A DNA stretch of 64,000 bases from Promethearchaeia archaeon (GTDB taxonomy: Archaea > Asgardarchaeota > Lokiarchaeia > Sigyniarchaeales > SOKP01). Shown piece after piece: positions 1 to 10,754 of the stretch. Below the pieces are notes generated by a model. That model worked only from the letters and a program-made list of their open reading frames with translations, ran no database searches and had not been told where the DNA came from. The DNA lies in contig JAWOCD010000080.1 in assembly GCA_046483985.1 (NCBI GenBank), forward strand, positions 28,096 through 92,095. The letters are read 5' to 3'. A program made the position numbers and the translations under genes. Numbering within the stretch: the first letter of the stretch is position 1; every line of letters starts with the position of its first letter.

Positions 1-956
1 AATTCTTCGGGATCAATATCTACTTGTATAATTTTTTGATCTTGATTCCAGATAGGCGATTCACCAAAAAGTAAGGTGTAATCCCATTTACATCCGAAGG
101 AAACAACTGTGTCTGCTTGAGATGCAGCAGTTCGAAATGCATTAACCGTTAGGTAAGACCCTAAAAATGTTTCGTGTGAACTATTAATGCTTCCAATTCC
201 GTTAATAGTCGTTCCAGCCGGAATTTTATAGGTGGTTGATAATTTAACAATCTCTTCAGAAGCTTCTGAAGCTTTGGTCCCTCCCCCTGCAATAAGGAGG
301 GGGTTTTCTGCTTCCGCTAATACTTTAACTGCTTCTTCGATTGCCTTCTGATCTCCCATAGGTCTAACTTGGGGGCGATATTTTTCTGGTTCTATAATTT
401 TATCTTCATCTTTTTGAGATGCTTCTCTTACCAGCGCAGTTTCTTTCAATTCCAAAAAAACAGGGCCCTTTCTTCCGGTCATTGCAGCTTTCATACATCT
501 TTGAACTGCTTTAGGAATTTCATACGGTTCTTCCACAGAAACTTGTAACTTTGTAATAGGCTCCATTAAAGCCATTTGATCCAAACCACCTTGTAAAATA
601 CCCGTATCATCAAACATTCTTGCGATTTGTGCACCGATTACCAGAAGCGGGATAGAATCAGCTTCTGCCGCAGCTACTGCGGGAACTAAATGGGTTACAC
701 CGGGTCCTGCCGTACCTAGGCATACTCCGATCTCTCCAGTCCCTCTCGCCCAAGCACTAGCCATATGACCTCCCGCTTGCTCGTGACGGACCATAACCGT
801 TTCAATTCCTGCTTCTTGACCCCAACGTTTCACTGCGTCAAAAATACGCAATAATTCTCCTCCCACAATACCAAACATCTTGGTGATACCTTCATTCTCC
901 AAACATTTTAATAAAAGGTCTCCACCGTCTAGAGGTTTCTTTTTATTTTTAGCCAT
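1..956 (-). CDS. Thiamine-pyrophosphate enzyme, acetolactate synthase large-subunit-like (3' end outside window)
   Basis: Hand translation from ATG at 956: MAKNKKKPLDGGDLLLKCLENEGITKMFGIVGG...VRHEQAGGHMASAWARGTGEIGVCLGTAGPG; RHEQ and TAGPG motifs of the TPP N-terminal domain. Confidence 0.85.
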   Translation of the reverse strand, partial: MAKNKKKPLDGGDLLLKCLENEGITKMFGIVGGELLRIFDAVKRWGQEAGIETVMVRHEQAGGHMASAWARGTGEIGVCLGTAGPGVTHLVPAVAAAEADSIPLLVIGAQIARMFDDTGILQGGLDQMALMEPITKLQVSVEEPYEIPKAVQRCMKAAMTGRKGPVFLELKETALVREASQKDEDKIIEPEKYRPQVRPMGDQKAIEEAVKVLAEAENPLLIAGGGTKASEASEEIVKLSTTYKIPAGTTINGIGSINSSHETFLGSYLTVNAFRTAASQADTVVSFGCKWDYTLLFGESPIWNQDQKIIQVDIDPEE

Positions 957-1025
957 GATAATATTGAATTATGTGTATTAAAAAATAAATCTTTTTAAAA
1001 TAAGATAAAAGAAGATTTAAAAAAA

Positions 1026-1472
1026 TTAGAATTCAATAAGTTCTAAGAAATACCCTAATCTGTCGAGCGTATCCAAATAATAAAACGTTAATTTTCCGAC
1101 TTCCCCAACCTGAATGGGTTTTACGTCAAATTCATTTTCAAAGGTTTGAATTAACTCATCGGCTTTTTTTGTGTAAATTCCCAAATGATGTAAGCCCTCT
1201 CTTCCCTCCTCAAGGAACTCAGTATAAAGATTCGGTCCATCCGCTTCTACGATTTCTACGATTTCCATCTGCTTTTCGCCAAAAAACTCCATTATTTTCT
1301 TCATTTTATAGGTGCCCTTCTCTCCTCGACAGGTTACAGATGCATCTTGCTCCACAATATTAATTTTTCCTCGAAAATCGAATAAAGCTCGATATAATTC
1401 TGCAGACTTTTCAATATCTTTTACAACTATGCCGATTTGGTCAAATTTTTTCAATTTTGGAACCCTTTTCAT
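1026..1472 (-). CDS. VOC/glyoxalase family protein (methylmalonyl-CoA epimerase-like)
   Basis: DQIGIVVKDIEK, GEGLHHLG-like motif (REGLHHLG) and C-terminal LELIE. Confidence 0.8.
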   Translation of the reverse strand: MKRVPKLKKFDQIGIVVKDIEKSAELYRALFDFRGKINIVEQDASVTCRGEKGTYKMKKIMEFFGEKQMEIVEIVEADGPNLYTEFLEEGREGLHHLGIYTKKADELIQTFENEFDVKPIQVGEVGKLTFYYLDTLDRLGYFLELIEF

Positions 1473-1499
1473 TATAATCCTCTATTTAATTTTAATAGT

Positions 1500-2798
1500 T
1501 TAAAATACTTTTGGATAAAATTCTAATTTATCCGTAGGTTTTTTTAATTCAAAAGATCCATTTAAAATTTTTTGTTTCAACTCATCTGCTAATTTTATTG
1601 CGCCATATCTGTCAGATTGCCTTAGGACAACTGGAATCTCCTTTGCCTCTTCCATATTTTTCAGTTTTTTCTGTACGGTCTTTAAGTCTGCCTTAAAGGC
1701 TTTTTTAGGACAGAGCACCGTGCATGTGCCGCAATTAAAACAACGGCTCCTATCTATTCCTGTGTTTAGATTAAAAGCATTTGTGGGACACTTTGCTTCA
1801 GGTGGACAATCATCACAATCAACACACAGTTCGGGATCAAATTCAACCTTAAAATTATTATCCCAGACATCCCCGTATGTAATCTCTCCAACTCTAAAAC
1901 GACCCACAACATTTAGGACAGATAAAGGAACATCATGGTCTGACTTTCTAATACGTTTCCAAATTTGTTTATTTAAAATTGGGATAGGGACAGCGATGGA
2001 GCAAATATTTTCAAGTCCATAAGAGGTTTTAAGAGCTCCCATATATTCCGGTTTCATTCCTTTAAAGTCGGCGATGGTTTGCATATTCGGCTTTTGTCGG
2101 TCATTTCTTGTTCCCGGACCAATAATATAACCCTTTCCCCCATTTACTAAGATTGGTGTTCCTACACCGAATATATCGGCATTTGGATCATTTTGGAAGG
2201 GATTCATAGCTCCACAACCAGAGAAAGTCATCTGGGAATAATTACCTTTCATAGGAAGGACCGAAAAAATTGTTTCAACAGGATTTTCGGTGGGATTGAC
2301 CATAGCGAAATAATTTCTAATAGCCTGCCGAGTACCCATCATTCGTGCAAATTGAAAATCCTCAAGAGTTAATTTTTTTTCGATCGTTTGACCCTTTTCG
2401 CCTTTTGCAACTATGTTTACTTTTTTATTCTCCACTAAATCCCTAAACAACGTTCCTCCCGAATATTCTTCACGAGTTTCACTTCGAGCGGGACCATATA
2501 GAATAAGATCAATAATGCCTAAAAATTCATTTGGACATGGTCCCGGATATCCAGGTATTCCGTTTATACTGACTTCTGTAAATTTTCTGACAGTTTTTGG
2601 TGGGGTGACTCGAAATGAAAAAATCCCAGTAATTCCGCTCATTAGTGCTTTTGTTGCAGTAGTTACCACATCGACATCTTCAAACTCAATAGATTCCCCA
2701 TCCTCTAATTTATCTATTATTTCTTGTACGGAGTAGATGCGGGCAATTCCTTTTTCAATCTTCTTATTAATTTTTTTTAAGGTCCTTTCTTTAGGCAA
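1500..2798 (-). CDS. DUF39/homocysteine-biosynthesis family metalloprotein (methanogenesis marker 16-like) with C-terminal ferredoxin
   Basis: DVDVVTTAT, GPCPNE, FSGCGAMNP, and CxxCxxC...CP plus CxxCxxCxxxCP clusters; start placed at TTG 2798 (LPKERTL...), track gives 2840. Confidence 0.75.
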   Translation of the reverse strand: MPKERTLKKINKKIEKGIARIYSVQEIIDKLEDGESIEFEDVDVVTTATKALMSGITGIFSFRVTPPKTVRKFTEVSINGIPGYPGPCPNEFLGIIDLILYGPARSETREEYSGGTLFRDLVENKKVNIVAKGEKGQTIEKKLTLEDFQFARMMGTRQAIRNYFAMVNPTENPVETIFSVLPMKGNYSQMTFSGCGAMNPFQNDPNADIFGVGTPILVNGGKGYIIGPGTRNDRQKPNMQTIADFKGMKPEYMGALKTSYGLENICSIAVPIPILNKQIWKRIRKSDHDVPLSVLNVVGRFRVGEITYGDVWDNNFKVEFDPELCVDCDDCPPEAKCPTNAFNLNTGIDRSRCFNCGTCTVLCPKKAFKADLKTVQKKLKNMEEAKEIPVVLRQSDRYGAIKLADELKQKILNGSFELKKPTDKLEFYPKVF

Positions 2799-2913
2799 AA
2801 ATATCCACGTATCTTTTAAATGAATAGTTGATTTTATCAATTAACAAAAATTAATAAAATTTTTTTGAAATCAAGATCTTTTTTTACCAAATCATTCGTC
2901 ACTGTGATTATTT

Positions 2914-3633
2914 TTGGCCTATTATGAAACCCGATTAAGAGTTGATCTTCAAAATTCTGAAGAGGTCGCCGAGTATTTAAATACTTGTGAGCAAGTAGGG
3001 ATAACAAATCTTATAATAGAACCTTTAACTTCAGAATTTATGATTACAGATGCCATTAAAAACCAAATCCAAAGCTTGACAAATATTAAGATTTACTTTC
3101 GGATCACTATGAATCCCCGAAATTTAAAAGAGTTCAATAGAAAAATCCAAAAATTTAATAATTTTAAATATCTGCTTGCAGTAGAATCATCAAATAAGAG
3201 GATTCAGTTAAAAGCTTCAAAAGATTCACGCGTAGATATTCTAACTTTCTCGAATATTAGAAAGATAAAGTCAATTTCAAAAGGGGTCTTGTCCCTTCTT
3301 TCTCAGAATAATACCTACTTAGAACTTTCATTGTCTCCCTTGCTTATTAATAATAAATCAGAACAATCCAGAAATTTCAGAATTACATATCGTTTTATGG
3401 AAAGGGTATTAAATTCAAGAGTTAAATATCTTCTTTGCGGAGATGCCCCCTCACGGTTTTGTTTACGAAATCCACGAGCCTTAATTAGTATATGTGTCTC
3501 ATTACTGGACATACCGATTCAAAAAGCAAAAATGGGGTTCGAAAAATATCCTCAAACGTTAGTAAAGGATAAATTTATCAAAAATGATACTCAGAAGTTT
3601 GGGAACGGATTTAAATTAATTGGAGGGGGCTAA
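2914..3633 (+). CDS. rnp3: RNase P protein subunit Rpp30
   Basis: RVDIL, LELSLSPL and LRNPR motifs; adjacent to Pop5. Confidence 0.8.
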   Translation: MAYYETRLRVDLQNSEEVAEYLNTCEQVGITNLIIEPLTSEFMITDAIKNQIQSLTNIKIYFRITMNPRNLKEFNRKIQKFNNFKYLLAVESSNKRIQLKASKDSRVDILTFSNIRKIKSISKGVLSLLSQNNTYLELSLSPLLINNKSEQSRNFRITYRFMERVLNSRVKYLLCGDAPSRFCLRNPRALISICVSLLDIPIQKAKMGFEKYPQTLVKDKFIKNDTQKFGNGFKLIGGG

Positions 3634-3635
3634 AC

Positions 3636-3968
3636 TTGAAAATTAAAGAAAGACAAAGATACATTTTATTCCAGATTATTAAGAAAAAGGAAAATATGAA
3701 AGTTAAAAAATCTATATTTTTAAAAACATTATGGAGTTCAATATGGAGATATTTTGGGTTGAAAGGAGCAAACAAAATGGGATTGTGGCTGGTTGAATTA
3801 AATAATAAAAATAACTATGGAATCCTTAGGGTTTCTCAATATTCTAAAGAGATGGCCATCTCAGCGTTGACTTTAATTAAGAACATTAATGGGATGCCCA
3901 TAATTTTTTCCACTGTAAAAACTTCAGGGACACTAAAATCATTAAAAAAAAACAATCGAATAGAGTAA
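3636..3968 (+). CDS. rnp2: RNase P protein subunit Pop5/Rpp14
   Basis: ERQRYI, GILRV and KTSGTLK motifs. Confidence 0.85.
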   Translation: MKIKERQRYILFQIIKKKENMKVKKSIFLKTLWSSIWRYFGLKGANKMGLWLVELNNKNNYGILRVSQYSKEMAISALTLIKNINGMPIIFSTVKTSGTLKSLKKNNRIE

Positions 3969-4006
3969 GTTTTAAAATTGATAAACTAAGTTGGTAATTA
4001 AGAGAA

Positions 4007-4435
4007 ATGGATCTAAAGAAACTAACCGAGGCACACATTCAAAGAAAAAAAGAACGGTTAAACCTTCAAATTGGTTTCAAGAAATCAATTAAAGAAGCAG
4101 CTCAACCCTATATCTTAATTATTAAATCATACACTAAAAGTTATCTTAAAATTACCATTTATCCCTTGGGAGAAAAAAAGGTTGTTAAAATCTTAATGAT
4201 TTCCGAAGAAAAAGATGAAGAAATACTTTGTAACGCGATAGATATACTCAAAAAGTACGAAATTATTCATACAAGTGGATTAATGATGATTAAAAATCAA
4301 ATATACCATGAATGTTATATAAATATGAATAGGGAAACAAAAAAATATAAAGAACTAATAACATCTCTTAAGCAGATGGAAAAATATTTGGAATTAAGAA
4401 TTGAAGAAATAGAATTAAAAAAGGTAAATGAATGA
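4007..4435 (+). CDS. Hypothetical protein, possible C-terminal ACT-like domain
   Basis: ORF in operon; IIHTSGL...YHECY segment. Confidence 0.5.
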   Translation: MDLKKLTEAHIQRKKERLNLQIGFKKSIKEAAQPYILIIKSYTKSYLKITIYPLGEKKVVKILMISEEKDEEILCNAIDILKKYEIIHTSGLMMIKNQIYHECYINMNRETKKYKELITSLKQMEKYLELRIEEIELKKVNE

Positions 4436-4893
4436 ACATGAAATCTTGGAAAGTTGAACTCAAGTTTGAGAAAAAAAACGAGCAAGTAAAAAGAGAATTA
4501 GAATTATATGATGCAAATCGGTATTTTAACGGCTATCTTAAAATTAAACGAAGCTATTTTAACGAACTGGTAAAAACAATTAAAATGACTAAAAAGTATG
4601 TTGTAGGAAGAGGAATAGAAAAAGTAACAGGACCAGATGATACAGATTGGACTTTCAACCCATGGATATTATTAATTGTGAAGGACAACGAAAGGGAAAA
4701 GCCTTTTTGGTTTTTTCTCAAAAGAGAGAAAGATTTATCCGGATTATTAGTTGCAATTGGTCCAAAATTATATGCAACCTACAATAGATCAAATGCAGAG
4801 GCAAAACGAGAGATTAGAAGACTTATTAATTATATCATTGCCTATCTAAATAAATTCAGCTGTGTTTTAATTCTTCCCAATTATCTATCCTAA
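4432..4893 (+). CDS. Hypothetical protein
   Basis: ATGA overlap with upstream gene; 153-aa globular-looking ORF. Confidence 0.6.
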   Translation: MNMKSWKVELKFEKKNEQVKRELELYDANRYFNGYLKIKRSYFNELVKTIKMTKKYVVGRGIEKVTGPDDTDWTFNPWILLIVKDNEREKPFWFFLKREKDLSGLLVAIGPKLYATYNRSNAEAKREIRRLINYIIAYLNKFSCVLILPNYLS

Positions 4894-4947
4894 GGTTGCA
4901 ATTTTTAAAGAGAAAAAATATTGAATTAGTATGTGGGAAGAATAAAT

Positions 4948-6444
4948 TTATAACCAATCAATTAATTTCTTTCCACAGCGCGGGCATTTTTTTGAGAATG
5001 AAGATACTGGCCATCCACAGTTCGGGCATGTATCGCCCGCCGTTGATTTCTGAAATAATTCTTGTTTCTTCTCCAACTTTTTGCTCATATTATTTTTTAT
5101 TTTCTTAATTCTTTCATCGATTTCATCGCCAGTTAACCAGAGCAGTTCTTTTACAATCTTTTCCGTATCCTCATATTTCAATTGTGGGATTTCTTCCTGT
5201 AATTTGGCTGAAATTAGTTCTTCTTTTTTATCCCTAATCAGTTCTACTAATTTTTCTTCTCGATTTTCCTTGGTTAACTTTACTAAATCAAGCCGATACT
5301 GAGCTTTTTCCCACTCTTCCAACTCTATACCGTCTTTTTCTACTTCCGTAAATTCCTTTTCAATTTCCTTTAACCTTTCTACAACATCTTTCTGTCTTTC
5401 TTCAGATAAGTCTTTAGCCATTTCAAATAAAGTAGATCTATTTGTTCGCGTTAAAAAGTCTAAATTTTTAAGGACCTCCTTTAAATCCCAGCCTTTCAGT
5501 TGAGATTTCTTCTCAATCTCTTTTTTTAATCTATTAATTGTATCCTCTATACGTTTTTTATCTAATGTAATGAGATCTTTTCTGAGTTCGATAATTTTTT
5601 CTTCACTTAAATTAATTTTAATTTCTTGGATATTTTGTTCAATGAATTCTAAATTTTCGATAATATTTCTTTTGTCTTCCATATCGACTTTATCAAGGAG
5701 ATCGAGGTAATAAGAGACTTCCGCCTCATTCAAAAAGTCATATTCTTTAAGCTTGGTTTTGAAAGCTTGTTCCTCCGAGCTTTCGGGCGTTGAATCAGCA
5801 GCCTCATCGGTAAATAGGTCATCAGAAAAATCTTCCGAGAGCTCTTGTTCTTCAATTTCCACTTCGGCCACTTTTTTGGGCTCTGCCTTTTTTTCTTCTG
5901 AAGATGGGGGTTCCACAGGAGTCTGTTCTTCTTCTTTTAGCATTTTTATATATCCAGCTACAATGGAATCTATCTCATCCATTAGGGGGAACCTCTCAAA
6001 TTCTTGTTGAAAATTTTCAACAAAGTCAGTCGCTTCTGCGTATTTTATATTAAATCCCTTCTCTTCGATCTGGTGTATTATAATATCTATAATTTCTTCT
6101 TTTGATCTTTTCTTGGGACGATCTTCTTTGTCCAGTTCTTTCTTTTCCTTACTTTCAAGGCCTTCTTTAAGAAGATCCCAAAACTTTTCAGCTTGTTGTT
6201 TGGGTATATTTCCTTTAACCTGAATGAAGTATTTTCCATCTTCTTCATAAATAGCGATTTTGTTATCTTTCTGAAGGTCTTTATTCTTACCCTCATCAAT
6301 AAATGTAACAATTGTGAGAGTATCATCTATATTCACAGATTTTGTCGTAAAAGGAAAAGATTGTAGTATATTTTCAATTATCAACTCAAATTCTTCTAAT
6401 GTTTTTCCTTCACCATCAAAGGTTAAGGTTTTTTCATAAGCCAT
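4948..6444 (-). CDS. Acidic helical protein with C-terminal double zinc ribbon
   Basis: C-terminal CPNCG...CPRCG; E/K-rich helical repeats and a low-complexity linker. Confidence 0.7.
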   Translation of the reverse strand: MAYEKTLTFDGEGKTLEEFELIIENILQSFPFTTKSVNIDDTLTIVTFIDEGKNKDLQKDNKIAIYEEDGKYFIQVKGNIPKQQAEKFWDLLKEGLESKEKKELDKEDRPKKRSKEEIIDIIIHQIEEKGFNIKYAEATDFVENFQQEFERFPLMDEIDSIVAGYIKMLKEEEQTPVEPPSSEEKKAEPKKVAEVEIEEQELSEDFSDDLFTDEAADSTPESSEEQAFKTKLKEYDFLNEAEVSYYLDLLDKVDMEDKRNIIENLEFIEQNIQEIKINLSEEKIIELRKDLITLDKKRIEDTINRLKKEIEKKSQLKGWDLKEVLKNLDFLTRTNRSTLFEMAKDLSEERQKDVVERLKEIEKEFTEVEKDGIELEEWEKAQYRLDLVKLTKENREEKLVELIRDKKEELISAKLQEEIPQLKYEDTEKIVKELLWLTGDEIDERIKKIKNNMSKKLEKKQELFQKSTAGDTCPNCGWPVSSFSKKCPRCGKKLIDWL

Positions 6445-6591
6445 TTTATTTCCTATTTCTGTGTTTTAAATAAAATTTAGTTTTATATCCTTAAAATAAT
6501 TATTATCAAAAAATTTTTTATTATTGATAATTTTTCAATAACAATTATTTGAAAGAAGATTGAATAATTTGGATTTTAGTGGTTAATAATA

Positions 6592-7431
6592 TTGATGCAA
6601 CGAAAAGCACATCTATTTGTAGTCATTTTTATTATTCATTCCATTATTTTAGTAAATTTAGTTGTCATAAATAATAATAATGTAAATGCTCAATCCGATC
6701 TTGAAGAAATTTCTCCCGAGTTTGGGAATAGCCCCGTTATTGATGGATATATTAATAGAACGGATGAGGAATGGAATAACGCTACAAAAACATCAATGAG
6801 ATTATACACGAATTCGTCTCAAACGGACGATGGTCTTCCAATTGATTTATGGATTCTCCAGAATTCGTCGGATCTTTATATTTGCATTAAATTCGAAGTA
6901 AACGAACATGATCCCGATGAGTATGTGGGATTTATAATTTCAGAGGATGAGACAACGGACAGTGAATCTTTTCGCGATATGAAATTCTTGCAATTTTCAG
7001 ATTTAGGAGGAGAGAACCAAGATCATACATATAATGATTCTTATAAAGAAGATGGGGACTTTGTTAATGACGGAAAAAATGATGGGAATGGGGCAGCACA
7101 ATTGGGTTCGGATGACGAAGAAATAACATATGAATTTTCTATACCGATCAATAACACAGAAGCACAGAATGACGAGGAGGATGTTTTTCTTGATTATGGA
7201 GAATCTTACGCATTCCGAATAATTTTCGGGAATTCGGATTCGAATCCTCCTGATTATTTCAAGAGTAACATTATATCTATGAAAATTGCATATCCAGATC
7301 TTCCGCCTGAACCTTCAATCTGGGAAACGGTTTTATTAGTTTTGACTATTATAATCTTTAGTGCCTTGGGGGCATTATTTGGTTACTACGTATATTTAAT
7401 TTACAAATTAGAAAAACGGATAAAAAGATAG
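6592..7431 (+). CDS. Secreted, C-terminally membrane-anchored protein with CBM9/DOMON-like domain
   Basis: N-terminal signal, PVIDG...EW, DLYICI and TYEFSIP motifs, C-terminal TM plus basic tail. Confidence 0.6.
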   Translation: MMQRKAHLFVVIFIIHSIILVNLVVINNNNVNAQSDLEEISPEFGNSPVIDGYINRTDEEWNNATKTSMRLYTNSSQTDDGLPIDLWILQNSSDLYICIKFEVNEHDPDEYVGFIISEDETTDSESFRDMKFLQFSDLGGENQDHTYNDSYKEDGDFVNDGKNDGNGAAQLGSDDEEITYEFSIPINNTEAQNDEEDVFLDYGESYAFRIIFGNSDSNPPDYFKSNIISMKIAYPDLPPEPSIWETVLLVLTIIIFSALGALFGYYVYLIYKLEKRIKR

Positions 7432-7434
7432 GAT

Positions 7435-7851
7435 GTGTTAACTTTGCCAAAATTCAAAAAAAAAAAAAAGCCAACTAAGAAAAAGAAAAAATATACCAAA
7501 AAAGAACAAGCTTTTAAAAGTGTTAAAATAGCAGCGATTCTGTCTGGAATATGTTTGGTTCTTTCGGTATTATTTAATGCAGAAATTATAACCTTTTTCA
7601 TGAATAAAGGTCTAAAATGGGACATTGTTGATGTGACGATAAAAACTACGAGTATTTTGTTATTTTTTATCTTCACTTTAATTAGTATTGGTAATTTCAA
7701 AGATATTACGGGAAAACCTATAACCTTAAAAGAAATTTCACTACTTTTTGGGCTCTCTTTATTACAAACAATTAATAATTTATGGGTTTTTCTATTCACT
7801 CTTTTAGGCGTTCCATTAATCGTTATATATCTTTATTTTGTGCAAAAATAA
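7435..7851 (+). CDS. Membrane protein with Lys-rich N-terminus
   Basis: About 4 hydrophobic segments. Confidence 0.6.
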   Translation: MLTLPKFKKKKKPTKKKKKYTKKEQAFKSVKIAAILSGICLVLSVLFNAEIITFFMNKGLKWDIVDVTIKTTSILLFFIFTLISIGNFKDITGKPITLKEISLLFGLSLLQTINNLWVFLFTLLGVPLIVIYLYFVQK

Positions 7852-7878
7852 GAAAGATATATATCTCTTTCTTTCTTA

Positions 7879-8649
7879 TTGTTAAAACAGATAATTATGT
7901 CTAGGACCTTTTATTTTGTTGGACACCGAGGAACCCGGGTGGGTTATGACGAAAATACAATGGAAGCCTTTCAGCAGGCAATAAAAAAGGGCGCGAATGT
8001 AATTGAGTTTGACGTAAGAAAAACCAAGGATCAAAAGTTGGTCATCTTTCATGATGCAAGCTTAGAAAGAATCACCACTTGTTCTGGAAAGATTGAACAA
8101 ATAAAGTATAACCAAATAAAAGACTGTAGGACCAAAAAAAGAAACAGAAAAATTCCGTTACTGCGGGATGTGCTCGAAGAATTTTTTCCAAGGGTAAAAT
8201 TAATGATCGAACTTAAAGGAAAGAATGTTAAGAAAAATATCTTCGGCCAAATTAAGAAATATAATAATATCCAAAATTGCATTTTTAGTGGACGTCAATT
8301 AGGCGACCTTATTTCCATTCAACAACGGTTTCCAGAAAGCCAAATTTGCTATAATATTACCAAAGGAAAGGATTTAACCATATCTGAGTTCCTTCAACTT
8401 GGAAATACAAAAGAACTTAAAGAAAAACCGGATATGATAAGTCTAAGATCGTCGTTAGTTACTAAAGATTTCATTCATATATGTCATAAGAATAAGATTA
8501 AAGCATTATCTTGGGACTTCTTCAATTATTCAAGGGAAAAAGCGACAAATAGAATTAAGGATTTGATAAAGATCGGGATAGATGGAATTTTATTTGATGA
8601 TTATAAAAATATTCCCGTAATCAAAGAATGGATCGCTAATCATATTTGA
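7879..8649 (+). CDS. Glycerophosphodiester phosphodiesterase
   Basis: GHRG, ENT, IEFDV, HD, IELK and DGILFD motifs. Confidence 0.9.
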   Translation: MLKQIIMSRTFYFVGHRGTRVGYDENTMEAFQQAIKKGANVIEFDVRKTKDQKLVIFHDASLERITTCSGKIEQIKYNQIKDCRTKKRNRKIPLLRDVLEEFFPRVKLMIELKGKNVKKNIFGQIKKYNNIQNCIFSGRQLGDLISIQQRFPESQICYNITKGKDLTISEFLQLGNTKELKEKPDMISLRSSLVTKDFIHICHKNKIKALSWDFFNYSREKATNRIKDLIKIGIDGILFDDYKNIPVIKEWIANHI

Positions 8650-10675
8650 TTATAGAGTCCCCATTGGGGATCTCCAGGATGATATCATCTAGAGATAAAA
8701 TTTCGACCCATTTTTTCATTTCTTCTTCCGCTTGTTTAAAAAATTGATTTTTTATTTTTTTCGCCAACTTGCCCTTAGACATACCATTGCTTAGAGGTTT
8801 CATAGTTAAAGAAATATCGGATCGTTTTTGTATAGCCGAATCAGGACCGCAAATGACTTTTGGATAGAATACATCCACATCGTCGGTTGGTCGATTTTCA
8901 ATTTTAACAAATTTAAGGCCAATTTCTAGTTCTGTTTTAACATGTCGGATAAACTCTTTTTTACCTGTGATCATAAAGCTTCCTTTCTTGAGATACTCCC
9001 CCGATGGAGGATTTTTTGAAACTTGATCGGGGGTTACATAAAAAACATCTGCATATCCCCAACATTCTTTCCATGCAATAGAATAACTAGCCACGAACTG
9101 GGCTGTTTCTTTAACAGTTTGTTCGGGTATTTTTTGATCTTCTGGATTCTTAACAACTGCTAAAGGGGAACCAGGAAAATCAGTATGGAAAACTAAATCG
9201 TTTTTCTCAATATATTTGCGATATATTGCTTCATTAGATGAGGCATCTCTCCCTCCAACGACCAGAAATCCTTCTGAAGAGAAAAACGAGTGATATTTTT
9301 CAAACCATTTCTTTTCAGGTTTTTTAACCAAGAAATCAACCTCGTCCTTTTCTAATTCTTCTTTCTTCTGTAATTTTCTAATTTTTTGCTCAGTTTTTTT
9401 AATAGCGTTTTTTGTTCCTTCCAATTTTTGTGCAGATTTTTTTCCTCTGGAATAAATCATCGAAGCGTTCTCCCCTATGGATTTATTTAAAGAGAGATAT
9501 ACCTCATCACCGTTAATTTCTATTACCACTTGTTTTTTTGCAGGAATTAATTTTTTAAAATATTGAGCGCCTTCCATATTCTCTTGTTTAGCAAATTCCA
9601 TCTTTCTTTCAATTTCATCCCAATCATACTCTTTTTTCCTTGCCTCTGAAATAACATTTAATAAATTTTGAAGTGAATTGAAATGAGCATAAATAAAATC
9701 TCCATGTTTATAGTAATCTTTTTTATCCTCCTTTAACTCATTTATATATTCGCGTTGATTTTTCAGAATTTTCTTTTGGGTTTGAATTTTCTTTTTTAGT
9801 TTGTTATCAGTTGGTTTCTTTAAGCTTTTTGAGTCTAATTTTGAAAAGAATACATCAACCGCTTCGTTGAATGTGTCAAAATATTCTTTCTGATTCTTTT
9901 TAAATTTTTCTAATTCGAACGGAAGGACAATTTTTGGTTCTCCCTCATCATCAAATACGATATTTGCTTTAATCTTACCAAAGAGAAGTTGATTTCTTAA
10001 ATCTTTCAAACTTTTGTACAAGTTTTTAGTTTGATCTTCTGTGAGATTTTCTGCAAGGGTAATCTTCTTGATCCCAGCTCTAAAACACATTTCCTCGCTA
10101 TAAACACCGGCAATATTTATTCTTCTTGCCATTATTCTTACAATTTCGCCGTCATTCTCTTCAAATAATTCTCTGAATTCTTCTAAATCTAGTTTTAAAA
10201 AATCTTTTCCATAAGATTTTGGAAATTGATATTCCTTATTAGCTAAAATCTCTCTGTTCCGAAATTTTTTATAATTTTTCGCTATTTTTACAATATTTTC
10301 TTCATTTAGCAAGATAAAATTTCCTTTTCCGAACAATTCGATTACAAATTTCCACGGTTCATTCCCATAGTTGGACAATTTTATGACAATGATTCGATCT
10401 AATTTATATTGGGTAATTTCCAGTATTTTTCGATTGTTTATTTTTTTTCTTATAGATTGAACGAATTGACTTGGATAGGACGGAATCGGATATTCATACT
10501 CGGTAATATTGATTCTTGAGTCTTTTTTAACTATTAAATCCTTATTTCCGTTTACAGTATTTATTCGAATAATTAAAATATCTTCTACTTGATAGATATT
10601 ATCAATAATGCCGTTTGCTAAGAACTCATTAAGCTCCTTTGCTAAAGCAAAAACATCGAAGTTAGAAATCTCCAT
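8636..10675 (-). CDS. rqcH: Ribosome quality control factor Rqc2/RqcH (NEMF/NFACT family)
   Basis: DRI, IELFGKGNFIL, WFEKY, GGRDASSNE and GEYLKKGSFMI motifs. Confidence 0.9.
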   Translation of the reverse strand: MEISNFDVFALAKELNEFLANGIIDNIYQVEDILIIRINTVNGNKDLIVKKDSRINITEYEYPIPSYPSQFVQSIRKKINNRKILEITQYKLDRIIVIKLSNYGNEPWKFVIELFGKGNFILLNEENIVKIAKNYKKFRNREILANKEYQFPKSYGKDFLKLDLEEFRELFEENDGEIVRIMARRINIAGVYSEEMCFRAGIKKITLAENLTEDQTKNLYKSLKDLRNQLLFGKIKANIVFDDEGEPKIVLPFELEKFKKNQKEYFDTFNEAVDVFFSKLDSKSLKKPTDNKLKKKIQTQKKILKNQREYINELKEDKKDYYKHGDFIYAHFNSLQNLLNVISEARKKEYDWDEIERKMEFAKQENMEGAQYFKKLIPAKKQVVIEINGDEVYLSLNKSIGENASMIYSRGKKSAQKLEGTKNAIKKTEQKIRKLQKKEELEKDEVDFLVKKPEKKWFEKYHSFFSSEGFLVVGGRDASSNEAIYRKYIEKNDLVFHTDFPGSPLAVVKNPEDQKIPEQTVKETAQFVASYSIAWKECWGYADVFYVTPDQVSKNPPSGEYLKKGSFMITGKKEFIRHVKTELEIGLKFVKIENRPTDDVDVFYPKVICGPDSAIQKRSDISLTMKPLSNGMSKGKLAKKIKNQFFKQAEEEMKKWVEILSLDDIILEIPNGDSIIKYD

Positions 10676-10754
10676 ATTCTCGTTCTTATAAAAAGATGCT
10701 TTAAAAAAAAATTTTTTGAATCATGGAAAATTTTCTAAGTTTAGAGAATAGAAA

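Noticed and set aside
1500-2840. Evidence for methanogenesis
   Set aside because: The marker-16/DUF39 family name alone does not imply the pathway, and no mcr or mtr genes are present here.
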